Below, piece by piece: positions 23,601-38,100 of a stretch of 64,000 nt of DNA (the stretch's first letter is position 1; every line of letters starts with the position of its first letter). Origin of the DNA: Squalus acanthias (lineage: Eukaryota). The notes below the pieces were generated by a model. It ran no database searches, was not told the origin of the DNA, and saw only the letters and a list, made by a program, of their open reading frames with translations. The position numbers and the translations under genes were made by a program. The stretch is from NCBI GenBank assembly GCA_030390025.1, contig CM059431.1:159714001-159778000 (forward strand), read 5' to 3'.

Positions 23601-26600
23601 TAGTACAGGAGAGTAGTTACATCTACTGGAGGGGCCACTAGTACTGGTGAACTGCTATATCTAGTGTAGGGTACCACAAGTACCAGAGAACTGCTACATC
23701 TAATGTGGGGTACCACTAGTACCAGAGAACTGCTACATCTAGTGTAGGATACCACCAGTACCGGAGAACTGTTATATCTAGTGTAGTGTACCACTAGTAC
23801 CGGAGAACTGCTACATCTAGTGTAGGGTACCACTAGTACCGGAGAATAGTTACATCTAGTGTAGGGCTCCACTAGTACCAGAGAATTGTTACATCGAGAG
23901 TAAGGGACCACTGTTACTAGAGAACTGCTACATCTAGTATAGGGGACCACTAGTATCGGAGAACTGTTACATCTAGTGTTGGATATCACTCGTACCGGAG
24001 AACTATGACATCTGGTGTAGGGCACCACTTGAACCGGAGTACTGTTACATCTAGTGTAGCGTACCAATAGTACCTGTGAAATGTGGGATACAACTAGTAC
24101 CTGAAAACTGATACATCTAGTGTAGGGCAAGTCTAGTACCTGAGAACTGTTACATCTAGTTTGGGTACCACTAGTACCGGGGAACTGTGGCATCTAGTGT
24201 GGGGTACAACTAGTATAGGAGAACTGTTACATCTAGTGTATGTTACCACTAGTACCGAAGAACTGCTACATCTAGTGTAGGGTATCACTAGTACCGGAGA
24301 ACTGTTACATCTATTGCAGGCTATCACTAGTACCGGACAATAGTTTCATCTAGCGAAGGGTCCACTGGTACCAGGGAACTGTCACTCCTATTTTAGGGAA
24401 TCGCCAGTACTGGAGAAATGTTACGTCTAGTGTAGGCTACCACAAGTACCAGATAACTGTTACATCTAATGTCGGGTACCACTAGTACCAGAGAACTGCT
24501 ACATCTAGTGTAGGATACCACTAGTACCAGAGAACTGCTACATCTAGTGTAGGATACCACTAGTACCAGAGAACTGCTACATCTAGTGTAGGATACCACT
24601 ACTATCGGATAACTGTTATATATAGTGTAGGGCACCACTAGTATCGGAGAACTGCTACATTTAGTGTAGGGCACCACTAGTACCGGAGAACTGTTACATA
24701 TAGTGTAGGGCACCAGTAGTACCGGAGAACTGTTACATATAGTGTAGGGCACCAATAGTACCGGAGAACTGGTACATCTAGTGTAGGGCAGCACTAGTAC
24801 CGGAGAACTGTTACATTTAGTGTAGGGCACCACTAGTACCAGAGAACTGTTACATTTAGTGTGGGCACCACTAGTACCGGAGAACTGTTACATTTAGTGT
24901 AGGGCACCACTAGTACCGGAGAACTGTTAGATCTAGTACAGGGTACCTCTATTACCTGAGAACTAATACATCTAGTGTAGGGTACCATAGTACCTGTGAA
25001 ATGTAACATCTAGTGAAGTCTACCACTAGTACCATGGAACTGCTACATCTAGTGTAGGATACCTCAACCCCGGAGAAATGTTACATCTAGTTTAGCGTAC
25101 CACTAGTACCGGAGAACTGCTACATCTAGTGTATGGCATCACTGGTACTGGAGAAATGTTACATCTAGTGTACGGTACCAATAGCACCTGAGTACTGTGA
25201 CATCTAGTGTAGGGTACCAATAGCACAGGAGAATAGTTACATCTACTGGAGGGGCCACTGGTACTGGTGAACTGCTAAATCTAGTGTGGGGTACCACTAG
25301 TACCAGAGAACTGCTACATCTAGTGTAGGGTATCACTAGTACCAAAGAACTGTTACATCTAGTGTAGGCTACCACAAGTACCAGAGAACTGCTACATCTA
25401 GTGTAGGATACCACTAGTATCGGATAACTGTTATATCTAGTGTAGGGTACCACTAGTACCTGAGAACAGTTACATCTACTGTAGGGTACCACTAGTACCT
25501 GAGAACTGTTACATCTAGTGTAGGGTACCACTAGTACCAGAGAACTGGTACATATAGTGTAGGGTACCACTAGTACCAGAGAACAGTTACATCTACTGTA
25601 GGGTACCACTAGTACCTGAGAACTGTTACATCTAGTGTAGGCTACCACAAGTACCAGAGAACTGCTACATCTAGTGTAGGATACCACTAGTATCGGATAA
25701 CTGTTATATCTAGTGTAGGGTACCACTAGTACCGGAGAACTGTTACATCTAGTGTAGGGTTCCACGAGTACCAGAGAACTGTGACATCTAATGTAGGGTA
25801 CCACTAGTACCGGAGAGCTGCAACATCTAGTGCAGTGTACCACCAGTACCCGAGAACCGGTACATCTAGTGTAGCGCACCAATAGTACTGGAGAACTATT
25901 AAATCTAGTGTGGGTACCACAAGTGCAAGAGAACTGTTACAGCTAGTGTAGGGCACCACTAGTACCGGAGAACTGTTATATCTAGTGTAGGGTACCAATA
26001 GTACCGGAGAACAGCTACATCTAGTGTAGAATACCAATAGTACCGGAGAATTGTTACATCGAGAGTAAGGGACCACTGTTACTAGAGAACTGCTACATCT
26101 AGTATAGGGGACCACTAGTATCGGAGAACTGTTACATCTAGTGTTGGATATCACTCGCACCGGAGAACTATGACATGTGGTGTAGGGCACCACTTGAACC
26201 GGAGTACTGTTACATCTAGTGTAGCGTACCACTAGTACCTGTGAAATGTGGGATACAACTAGTACCTGAAAACTGATACATCTAGTGTAGGGCAAGTCTA
26301 GTACCTGAGAACTGTTACATCTAGTTTGGGTACCACTAGTACCGGGGAACTGTGGCATCTAGTGTGGGGTACAACTAGTATAGGAGAACTGTTACATCTA
26401 GTGTATGTTACCACTAGTACCGAAGAACTGCTACATCTAGTGTAGGGTATCACTAGTATCGGAGAACTGTTACATCTATTGCAGGCTATCACTAGTACCG
26501 GACAACAGTTTCATCTAGCGAAGGGACCACTGGTACCAGGGAACTGTCACTCCTATTTTAGGGAATCGCCAGTACTGGAGAAATGTTACATCTAATGTAG

Positions 26601-29600
26601 GCTACCACAAGTACCAGAGAACTGTTACATCTAATGTCGGGTACCACTAGTACCAGAGAACTGTTACATCTAGTGTAGGATACCACTAGTACCAGAGAAT
26701 TGCTAAATCTAGTGTAGGATACCACTAGTATCGGATAACTGTTATATCTAGTGTAGGGTACCACTAGTACCTGAGAACAGTTACATCTACTGTAGGGTAC
26801 CACTAGTACCTGAGAACTGGTACATATAGTGTAGGGTACCACTAGTACCAGAGAACAGTTACATCTACTGTAGTGTACCACTAGTACCTGAGAACTGTTA
26901 CATCTAGTGTAGGCTACCACAAGTACCAGAGAACTGCTACATCTAGTGTTGGGTATCACTAGTATCGGAGAACTGCTACATCTAGTGTAGGGTACCACTA
27001 CTATCGGAGAAATGTTACATCATGTGTTGGGTACCACTAGATCCGGAGAACTGTTACATCTAGTGTAGTGTACCACCAGTATCGGAGAACAGTGACATCT
27101 AGTGTAGGGTATCACTGTACCGGAGAACTGTTACATCTATTGCAGGCTATCACTAGTACCGGACAACTGTTTCATCTAGTGAAGGGTCCACTGGTACCAG
27201 GGAATTGTCACTCCTAGTGTAGGGAATCACCAGTACTGGACAAAAGTTGCATCTAGTGTAGGGTACCACTAGTACCAGAGAACTATTACACCTAGTGTAG
27301 GGTACCCCTAGTACCGGAGAACTGTTAACACTAGTGTAGGGTACCACTAGTAATGGAGAACTGTCACATCTAGTGTTGGGTACAACTAGTAGCGGAGAAC
27401 CGTTACATCTAGTGTAGGGTACCACAAGTACCGGAGAACTGTTACATCTAGTGTAGGGTACTACTAGTACCAGAGAACAGTTACATCTACTGTAGGGTAC
27501 CACTAGCACCAGAGAACAGTTACATTTAGTATAGCTTACCACTAGTACCTGAGAACTGTTACATCTAGTGTAGGGTACCACTAGTACCTGAGAACTGTTA
27601 TATCTAGTGTAGGGCACCACTAGTACCGGAGAACAGTTACATCTACTGTAGGGTACCACTAGTACCAGAGAACAGTTACATTTAGTGTAGCGTACCACTA
27701 GTACCTGAGAACTTTTGCATCTAGTGTAGGGCACCATTACTACCAGAGAACTTTTGCATCTAGTGTAGGGTACCACTATTACCAGAGAACTGTTACCTGA
27801 AAACTGTTACATCTAGTGTAGGGTACCACAAGTACCGGAGAACTGTTAGATCTAGTGCAGGGTACCTCTATTTCCTAAGAACTAATACATTTAGTGTAGG
27901 GTACCACTACAACCGGAGAACTGTTGCATCTAGTGTAGGGCACCACTATTACCAGAGAACTGTTACATCAAGTGTAGGATACCACTAGCACCGGAGAACT
28001 GTTACATCTAGTGTAGGCTACCACAAGTACCAGAGAACTGCTACATCTAATGTGGGGTACCACTAGTAGCAGAGAACTGTTATATCTAGTGTAGTGTACC
28101 ACTAGTACCGGAGAACTGTTACATCTAGTGTAAGTTACCACTAGAACCGGAGAACTGCAACATCTAGTGTAGGGTACCACTAGTACCGGAGAACAGCTAC
28201 ATCTACTGTAGGGCTCCACTAGTACCGGAGAACTGTTATATTTAGTGTAGGGTAACACTAGTACCGGAGAACTGTTAGATCTAGTGCCTCTATTACCTGA
28301 GAACTAATACATCTAGTGTAGGGTACCACTACAACTGGAGAACTGTTACATTTAGTGTAGGGCACCACTATTGCCAGAGAACTGTTACATCAAGTGTAGT
28401 GCACCACGATTACCAGAGAGCTGTTACATCTAGTGTAGGGCACCACTATTACCTGAGAACTGTTACATCAAGTGTAGGGTTCCACGAGTACCAGAGAACT
28501 GTTACATCTAATGTAGGGTACCACTAGTACCGTAGATCTGCAGCATCTAGTGTAGGGTACCACTAGTACCAGAGAACTGCAACAACTAGTGCAGTGTACC
28601 ACCAGTACCGGAGAACCGATACATCTAGTGTAGCGCACCACTAGTACTGGAGAACTGCTAAATCTAGTGTGGGTACCACAAGTGCAAGAGAACAGTTACA
28701 GCTAGTGTAGGGTACCACTAGTACCAGAGAACTGTTATATCTAGTGTAGGCTACCACTAGTACCAGAGAACTGCTACATCTTGTGTAGGGTACCACTAGT
28801 ACTAGAGAACTGTTACAGCTAGTGTAGGGTACCACTAGTAACAGAGAACTGTTATATCTAGTGTAGGCTACCACTAGTACCAGAGAACTGCTACATCTTG
28901 TGTTGGGTACCACTAGTACTAGAGAACTGTTACAGCTAGTGTAGGGTACCACTAGTACCGGAGAACAGCTACATCTAGTGTAGAGTACCAATAGTACCGG
29001 AGAATTGTTACATCGAGTGTAGGGGACCACTGGTACTAGGGAACTGCTACATCTAGTGTAGGGGACACTGGTACTAGAGAACTGCTACATCTAGTGTAGG
29101 GGACCACTGGTACTAGAGAACTGTTACATCTAGTGTTGGATATCACTCGTACCGGAGAAAAATGACATCTGGTGTAGGGCACCACTTGAACCGGAGTATT
29201 GTTACATCTAGTGTAGCGTACCACTAGTACCTGTGGAATGTGGGATACAACTAGTACCTGAAAACTGATACATCTAGTGTAGGGCAAGTCTAGTACCTGA
29301 GAACTGTTACATCTAGTTTGGGTACCACTAGTACCGGGGAACTGTGGCATCTAGGGTAGGGTACAACTAGTACAGGAGAACTGTTACATCTAGTGTAGGT
29401 TACCACTAGTATCGGAGAACTGTTACATCTTCTGTAGGGTACCACTAGTACCGAAGAACTGCTACATCTAGTGTAGAGTACCACTAGTACCGGAGAACTG
29501 TTACATCTAGTGTAGGGTATCACTAGTATCGGAGAACTGCTACATCTAGGGTAGGGTATCACTAGTATCGGAGAAATGTTACATCATGTGTTGGGTACCA

Positions 29601-32600
29601 CTAGATCCGGAGAACTGTTACATCTAGTGTAGTGTACCACCAGTATCGGAGAACAGTGACATCTAGTGTAGGGTATCACTGTACCGGAGATCTGTTACAT
29701 CTATTGCAGGCTATCACTAGTACCGGACAACTGTTTCTTCTAGTGAAGGGTCCACTGGTACCAGGGAATTGTCACTCCTAGTGTAGGGAATCACCAGTAC
29801 TGGAGAAAAGTTGCATCTAGTGTAGGGTACCACTAGTACCAGAGAACTATTACATCTAGTGTAGGGTACCTCTAGTAACGGAGAACTGTTAACACTAGTG
29901 TAGGGTACCACTAGTAATGGAGAACTGTCACATCTAGTGTTGGGTACAACTAGTAGCGGAGAACCGTTACATCTAGTGTAGGGTACCACAAGTACCGGAG
30001 AACTGTTACATCTAGTGTGGGTACCACTAGTATCGGAGAACGTTTACATCAAGTGTACGGTACAACAAGTACCGGTGAACTGTGACATTATGTGCAGGTT
30101 ACCACAAGAACCGGAGAAATGTTACATCTAGTGTAGGGTACCACGAGTACCGGAAAACTGCTACATCTAATGCAGAGTACCACTAGTACCGGAGAACTGA
30201 TACATCTAGTGTAGGGGACCACTGGTACCGGAGAACTGTTACATCTAGTGTACAGTACCAATAGTACGAGGGAACTGATACTTCTAGTGTAGGATACTAC
30301 TAGTACCGGGCACCTGTGACATCTAGTGTAGGGTACCACTAGTACCTGTGAAATGTTACATCTAGTGTAGGGTACCACTAGTAACTGTTACATTTAGTGT
30401 AGGGTACCACTAGTACGAGGGAACTGATACTTCTAGTTTAGGATACTACTAGTACCGGGGAGTGTGACATCTAGTTTAGGGTACCACTATTACCTGTGAA
30501 ATGTTACATCTAGTGTAGGGCACCACTAGTAACGGAGAAATGTTACATCTAATGTAGGGCACCACTGGTACCAGAGTACTATTACATATGGTGTAGGGTA
30601 CCTTTGGTACTTGAGAACTGTCACATCTAGTGTACGCTACCACTGGAACCTGAGAACTGTTACATCTAGTAGTAGGGTACCAATAGTACAGGAGAATAGT
30701 TACATCTACTGTAGGGACCACTAATACTGGTGAACTGTTACATCTAGTGTAGGCGACTACTAGAATCAGAGAACTGTTACATCTAATGTAGTGTACCACT
30801 AGTACCAGAGAACTGTTACATCTAGTGTAGGATATCACTAGTACCGGAGAACTGTGACATCTAGTGTAGAGTACCACTAGTACTGGTGAACTGTTCCATC
30901 TATTACAGGGTACCACTAGTACCGGGGAAACGTGACATCTAGTGGAGGGTAGCACGAGTACCGGAGAACTGTTACATCTAGTTTAGGGTACCACTAGAAC
31001 CAGACAACTATCACATCGAGTGTAGGGTACCACTAGTACCTGTGAAATGTTACATTTAGTGCAGGATACCACTAGTACCTGAAAAATGTTACATCTAGTG
31101 TAGGGTACCTCTAGTACCTGAGAACTGTTATATCTAGTGTGGGAACCTCTAGTAACGGAGAACTGTTACATCTAGTGTAGGGCACCACAAGTACCAGAGA
31201 ACTGTTACATCTAGTGCAGTGTACCACGTGGACCGGATAACTGTTATATCTGGTGTAGGATACCACTAGTTACGGGGAACTGCTACATTTAGTGTAAGGC
31301 ACCACTAGTACCAGAGAATAGGTACATCTTGTGTAGCGCACCACTAATACTGGAGACTTTTACATCTAGTTTAGGGTACCATTGTAACTGTGAAATGTTA
31401 CATCTAGTGTAGGGTACCACAAATACAGGAGAACTGTTAAATCTAGTGTAGGGTACCTCAAGTACGTTAGAACTGTTACATCTAGCGTGGGTACCACAAG
31501 TGCAGGAGAACTGTTAAATCTAATGTAGGGTACCACTAGTATTGGAGAACTGTTACTTCTAGTGTAGGGTACCACTAGAACCAGATAACTGTTACATCTA
31601 GTGTAGGCTACAACTAGTACCGGAGAACAGCTACAACTGGTGTAGAGTACCACATGTACCGGAGAATTGTTACATCTACTGTTAGGGACCACTGGTACCT
31701 GTGAACTGTTACATCTATTGCAGGGTATGACGAGTACCGGAGAACTGTTACATCTAGTGAACGGACCACTGGTACCAGGGAATTGACACTTCTAGTGTAG
31801 GGAATCACCAGTACTGGAGAAATGTTACATCTACTGTAGGGTACCATTAGTAACAGAGAACTGTTACATCTATTGTAGGGTACCAATAGTGTAGGAGAAT
31901 AGTTATATCTCCTGTAGGGGACCACTAGTAATTGTGAAATGTTACTTCTAGTGTAGGGGACTACTGTTACCGGAGAACTGTTAAATCTAGTGCAGTGTAT
32001 CACTAGATCCGGAGAACTGTCACTTCTAATGTAGGGTACCACTAGTACTGGAGAACTGTTACATCTAGTGTAGGGTACCACAAGTACCGGAGAACTGTTA
32101 CATGTAGTGTGGGTAACACTAGTGTCGGAGAACTTTTACATCTATTGCAGGTTACCACTAGTACCGGAGAACTGATACATCTAGTGTAGGGGACAACTAG
32201 TACCAGGGAACTGATACTTCTAGTGCAGGGTACTACTAGTACCGGGGACCTGTGACATCTAGTGTTGGGTAGCACTAGTACCGGAGAACTGTTACAGCTA
32301 GTGTCGTGTACCACTAGCACCAGATAACTGTTACATCTAGTGCAGGGTACCAGTAGTACCGTAGAACTGTCACATCTAGTCTAGGGTACCACTGGTATCC
32401 GAGAACTTTAAGTGTAGAATACCACTAGTACAAGCGAACTGTTACATCCGGTGTAGGGTACCTCCAGTACCTGAGAAATGTTACACCTAGAGCAGGGTAC
32501 ATCTAGTACCTGAGAACTGTTACATGTAGTGTGGGTACCACTAGAATCGGAGAACTTTTACATCTAGTGTAGGTTACCACAAGTACTGGAGAACTCTAAC

Positions 32601-34920
32601 ATCTAGTGTAGGTTACCACAAGAACCGGAGAAATGTTACATTTAGTGTAGGTTACCACAAGAACCGGAGAACTGTTACATCTAGTGTAGGGTACCACTAG
32701 TACCGGAGAACTGTTACATCTAGTGTCGTGTACCACTAGCACCAGAGAACTGTTACATCTAGTGCAGGGTACCACTAGTACCTGTGAAATGTTACATCTA
32801 GTGTAGGGTACCACTAGCACCGTCGAACTGTTACATCTAGTGTAGGGTACCACTAGTACCAGAGAACTGTTACATCTTGTGTACGGTACCACTAGCACCG
32901 TCGAACTGTTACATCTAGTGTAGGGTACCACTAGTACCAGAGAACTGTTACATCTTGTGTACGGTACCACTAGTACCAGAGAACTGTTACATCTAGTGTA
33001 GGATACCACTAGTACCGGAGACTTGTTACATCTGGTGCAGGGCACCTCTAGTACTAGAGAACTGTTACATGTAGTGTCGATACCACAAGTACCGGAGAAC
33101 TGTTACATTTGGTGTCGGGTACCTCTAGTGCCTGAGAACTGTTACATCTAGTGTACGGTACCAATAGTACAGGACAATAGTTATATCTACTGTAGGGACC
33201 ACTAATACTGGTGAACTGTTACATCTAATGTAGGCAACTACTAGAATCAGAGAACTGTTAAACCTAATGTAGGATACCACTAGTACCAGAGAACTGTTAC
33301 CTCTAGTGTCAGATATCAATAGTACCGGAGAACTGTGACATCTAGAGTAGGGTACCTCTAGTACCGGAGAACTGCTACTTCTAGTGTAGAGTACCAATAG
33401 TACCGGAGAACTGTTCCATCTATAGCAGGGTACCATTTGTACCGGAGAACTGATACATCTACTGTAGGGTACCACTAGTACCTGAAAACTGTTACATCTA
33501 GTGTAGGGTACCTCTAGTACCTGAGATCTGTTATATCTAGTGTGGGTACCTCTAGTACCTGAGAAATGTTACATCTAGTATTGGGCACCACAAGTACCAC
33601 ATAACTGTTACATGTATTGTAGGGCACCATTAGAAACGGAGAACTGTCACATTTAGTGTCGCGCACCACTAGTACTGGAGAGCTGTTACATCTAGTGTAG
33701 GGCACCACTAGAACAGTAGAACTATTACATCTAGTGCAGCGTACCACTAGTACCTGTGAAATGTTACATCTATTGTGGTTACCACTAGTACCGGAGAACT
33801 CTTACATCTAGTGTAGTGTACCTTTACTACCTGAGAACTGTTACATCTAGTGTAGGGTACCAATAGTACAGGAGAAGAGTTACATCTAGTGTAGGGTACC
33901 AATAGTACAGGAGAATAGTTACATCTACTGTATGGGGCCACTAGTACCGGAGAACTGTGATATCAAGTGTAGGGTACCACTTGTACCGGAGAATTGTTAT
34001 ATCTAGTGTAGGATACCACTCGTACCGGAGAACTGTTACATCTAGTGTAGGGTACCACTAGTAGCAGAGAACTGTTACATCTAGTGTAGGGTACCAATAG
34101 TACCAGAGAACTGTTACATCTAGTGTAGGGTACCAATAGTACCCGAAACTGTTACATCTAATGTAGGGTACCACTAGTACCAGAGAACTGTTACATCTAA
34201 TGTAGGATACCACTAGTACCGAAGAATTGTTACATCTATTGCAGGGTAGCACTAGTACCGGAGAACTGTTACATCTAGTGCAGGGGACTTGTACCTGTAA
34301 AATGTTACATCTAGTGTACGTTACCAATAGAACCGGAGAACTGTTGCATCTAGTGTAGGGTACCAATAGTACAGGAAAATAATTACATATACTGCCGGAA
34401 ACACTAGTACTGGTGAACTGTTACATCTAGTGCAGGGTACCACAAGTACCGGGGAACTGTTACATCTAGTGTAGGATGTTACCAGAACCAGCGAACTGCC
34501 ACATCTAATGTAGGGTACCACTATTACCAGAGAACTGCAACATCTAGTGTAGTTTGCCACTATTACCAGAGAACTGCAACATCTAGTGTATGGCATCACT
34601 AGTACTGGAGAAATGTTACATCTAGTTTAGCGTACCACTAGTACCTGAGAACTGTTACATCTAGTGTAGGGAACCACTAGTACTGGAGAACTGTTACATC
34701 AAGTGTAGGTACCACTAGTACTGGGGAGCAGTTACATCGAGTCTGGGGTACCACTAGTACCGGAGAACTGTGACATCTAGTGTAGGGTACCACTAGTAGC
34801 GGAGAACTGTGACATCTAGTGTAGGGTACCACGAGTACCGGATAACTGCAACATCTATAATAGGGTATCACTAGAACTGGAGAACTGCAGCATCTATTGT
34901 AGGGTACCACTAGTGCTGGA
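20626..34920. repeat. Satellite B: 39-bp tandem repeat, roughly 360 copies
   Basis: Consensus GAGAACTGTTACATCTAGTGTAGGGTACCACTAGTACCG. It produces the VVPYTRCNSSPVL pseudo-ORFs on the minus strand. Confidence 0.97.
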
Positions 34921-35199
34921 CGAGCATGACCACATCTAGTTTACATTTAATGGCCGGGCTAATATTGGAAGAGCCCTACCACCGCTAGTTTAAGTGTTAG
35001 CTAGCACTAGTACATTTGAAGCAGGTTCACCTCTAGTGTAATTAAAGGCTATGTATAGTAGCAGAGGACCATGATAGCCGCTTGTGCAACGAGAAGAACC
35101 ACGAGTCGTACAGGAGCACGATTAACTCTAGTATAAGTGTAGGGATATCACTCATACATAAGAGTATGGTCACCTCTAGTTTAAGTGTCGAGCACCACT

Positions 35200-38100
35200 A
35201 GTACCGTTGGAGCACGGCCACATTTATTGTAAGTGTATGGTAAAAGTGTACCGAAGGAGCACGGCCACCTGTGTTGTAATTGTAAGCTACCAAAGGTACT
35301 CGAGGTGGACGATCGCCTCCATTGTAAGTACAGTGCACCAATAACACCGGAGCAGCAGTGTCCAAATCTAGGGCAAGTGTAGAGCACCAATAATACCGGA
35401 GGAGCAGTGTCCACTCTAGTGTAACTGTAGTGCACCAATAATACCGGAGGAGCAGTGTTCAATCTAGTGTAGGTGTAGTTCACCAATAATACTGGAGAAG
35501 CAGTGTCCACTCTAGTGTAAGTGTAGTTCACCAATAATACCGGAGGAGCAGTGTTCACTCTAGTGTAAGTGTAGTTCACCAATAATACCTGAGGAGCAGT
35601 GTTCAATCTAGTGTAGGTGTAGTTCACCAATAATACTGGAGGAGCAGTGTCCACTCTAGTGTAGGTGTTGTTCACCAATAATACTGGAGGAGCAGTGTCC
35701 ACTCTAGTGTAAGTGTAGTGCACCAATAATACTGGAGCAGCAGTGCCAAATCTAGGGCAAGTGCAGAGCGCCAATAATACTGGAGGAGCAGTGTCTACTC
35801 TAGTGCAAGTGTAGATCACCAATAATATTGGAGGAGCAGTGTCCACTCTAGTGCAAGTGTAGATCACCAATAATATTGGAGGAGCAGTGTCCACTCTAGT
35901 GAAAGTGTAGATCACCAATAATACTGGAGGAGCAGTGTCCACTCTAGTGAAAGTGTAGATCACCAATAATACCGGAGGAGCAGTGTCTACTCTAGTGCAA
36001 GTGTAGATCACCAATAATATTGGAGGAGCAGTGTCCACTCTAGTGTAGGTGTAGATCACCAATAATATTGGAGGAGCAGTGTCCACTCTAGTGTAGGTGT
36101 AGTTCACCAATAATAAATGGAGGAGCAGTGTCCAATCTAGTGTAAGTGTAGTGCACCAATGATTGGCCCAAAAATTCGTGAGGAAGCCTTTGTGCGAGGG
36201 TAAGGCCTCCCCGCGATCTCTCACTGCGCGTTGGCTTTTTCAGTTCCAGCTCGCACGAACTTGATGTTCTGGACAGCTGCTGTGCTGGGCTTGCGTATCC
36301 CACCGGCGTAGTTAATTCGTGCGAGCTGCGGGATCACGTGACTCAGTTAGAGCCAATGGCAGCACACCATCTTCCATTCATAACTTTCACATAAGTGCTG
36401 TGAAAGTTATGAATACTATAGCCCCCCAAAAGAACCGCTAAAGCTCAATTAAATTTTTTAAAAAAACCATCACATTAATAAAATAAGTATAGTTAAATAA
36501 ATTAACCATTTTAAATAAAAAATTATTTTTTTTAAAAATGTAAAATCTTTTAAAAAGTTATAGAAATAAACTTACCTGTCTTTAAAGTCTCTAAAAAAGA
36601 TATACCTGTTAAAAAAAATTCAAAATAATACTTAATTCACTACTTACCTTGTTAAAAGTGGGTCTTACTTCTTTGTTTATGTGTAGAATCTGCCGTACTT
36701 ACCTGCGCGTTGAAACCACTAAGTGCCCTGCGTGCGCGCAGCCTGTAGCGCGCACGCGGTTCACCTAGGACCCGCCCCCTTTTCCATTCACCAAGTGCCG
36801 GTTTTCAGCGCATGCGCAGTGCATGCAGAAAACCGGCAATTGGAGACAGAATATGCGAGAGTACGCAGTGCATACTCTCGCGTAGCGGCACTAATTTTTG
36901 GGCCAATACCGGAGGAGCAGTGTCCACTCTAGTGTAAGTGTAGTGCAACAGTAATACCGGAGGAGCAGTGTCCACTCTAGTGTAAGTGGAATGCACAAAT
37001 AATAAATGGAAGAGCAGTGTCCACTCTAGTGTAAGTGTAGTTCACCAATAATACGGGAGGAGCAGTGTCCACTCTAGTGTAAGTGTAGTTCACCAATAAT
37101 ACCGGAGGTGCAGTGTCCACTCTAGTGTAAGTGAAATGCAGCAATAATACTGGAGGAGCCGTGTTCACTCTAGTGTAAGTGTCGTTCACAAATAATACAG
37201 GAGGAGCAGTGTCCACTCTTGTGCAAGTGTACTGCTGCAATAATACTGGAGGAGCAGTGTCCATTCTAGTGTAAGTGTAGTTCACCAATAATACTGGAGG
37301 AGCGGTGTCCACTCTAGTGTAAGTGAAATGCAGCAATAATACTGGAGGAGCCGTGTTCACTCTAGTGTAAGTGTCGTTCACAAATAATACAGCAGGAGCA
37401 GTGTCCACTCTTGTGCAAGTGTACTGCTGCAATAATACCGGAGGAGCAGTGTCCATTCTAGTGTAAGTGAAATGCACCAATAATACTGGAGGAGCAGTGT
37501 CCACTCTAGTGTAAGTGAAATGCACCAATAATACTGGAGGAGCAGTGTCTACTCTAGTGTGAGTGTAGCGCACCAATAATACCGGAGGAGCAGTGTTCAC
37601 TCTAGTGTAGGTGTAGTTCACCAATAATACCGGAGGAGCAGTGTTCACTCTAGTGTAAGTGTAGCGCACCAATAATACCGGAGGAGCAGTGTCCACTCTA
37701 GTGTAGGTGTAGTTCACCAATAATACTGGAGGAGCAGTGTCCATTCTAGTGTAAGTGTAGTTCACCAATAATACGGGAGGAGCAGTGTCCACTCTAGTGT
37801 GAGTGTAGTGCACCAATAATACCGGTGGAGCAGTGTTCACTCTAGTGTAGGTGTAGTTCACCAATAATACTGGAGGAGCAGTGTCCATTCTAGTGTAAGT
37901 GTAGTTCACCAATAATACGGGAGGAGCAGTGTCCACTCTAGTGTGAGTGTAGTGCACCAATAATACCGGAGGAGCAGTGTCCACTCTAGTGTAAGTGTAG
38001 TTCACCAATAATACCGGAGGAGCAGTGTCCAATCTAGTGTAAGTGTAGCGCACCAATAATACCGGAGGAGCAGTGTCCACTCTAGTGTGAGTGTAGTGCA

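Noticed and set aside
36723..36932. Conserved small protein shared with ORF 57315..57521
   Set aside because: The similarity reflects the two TIR-element copies at DNA level. The frames diverge after about 22 codons.
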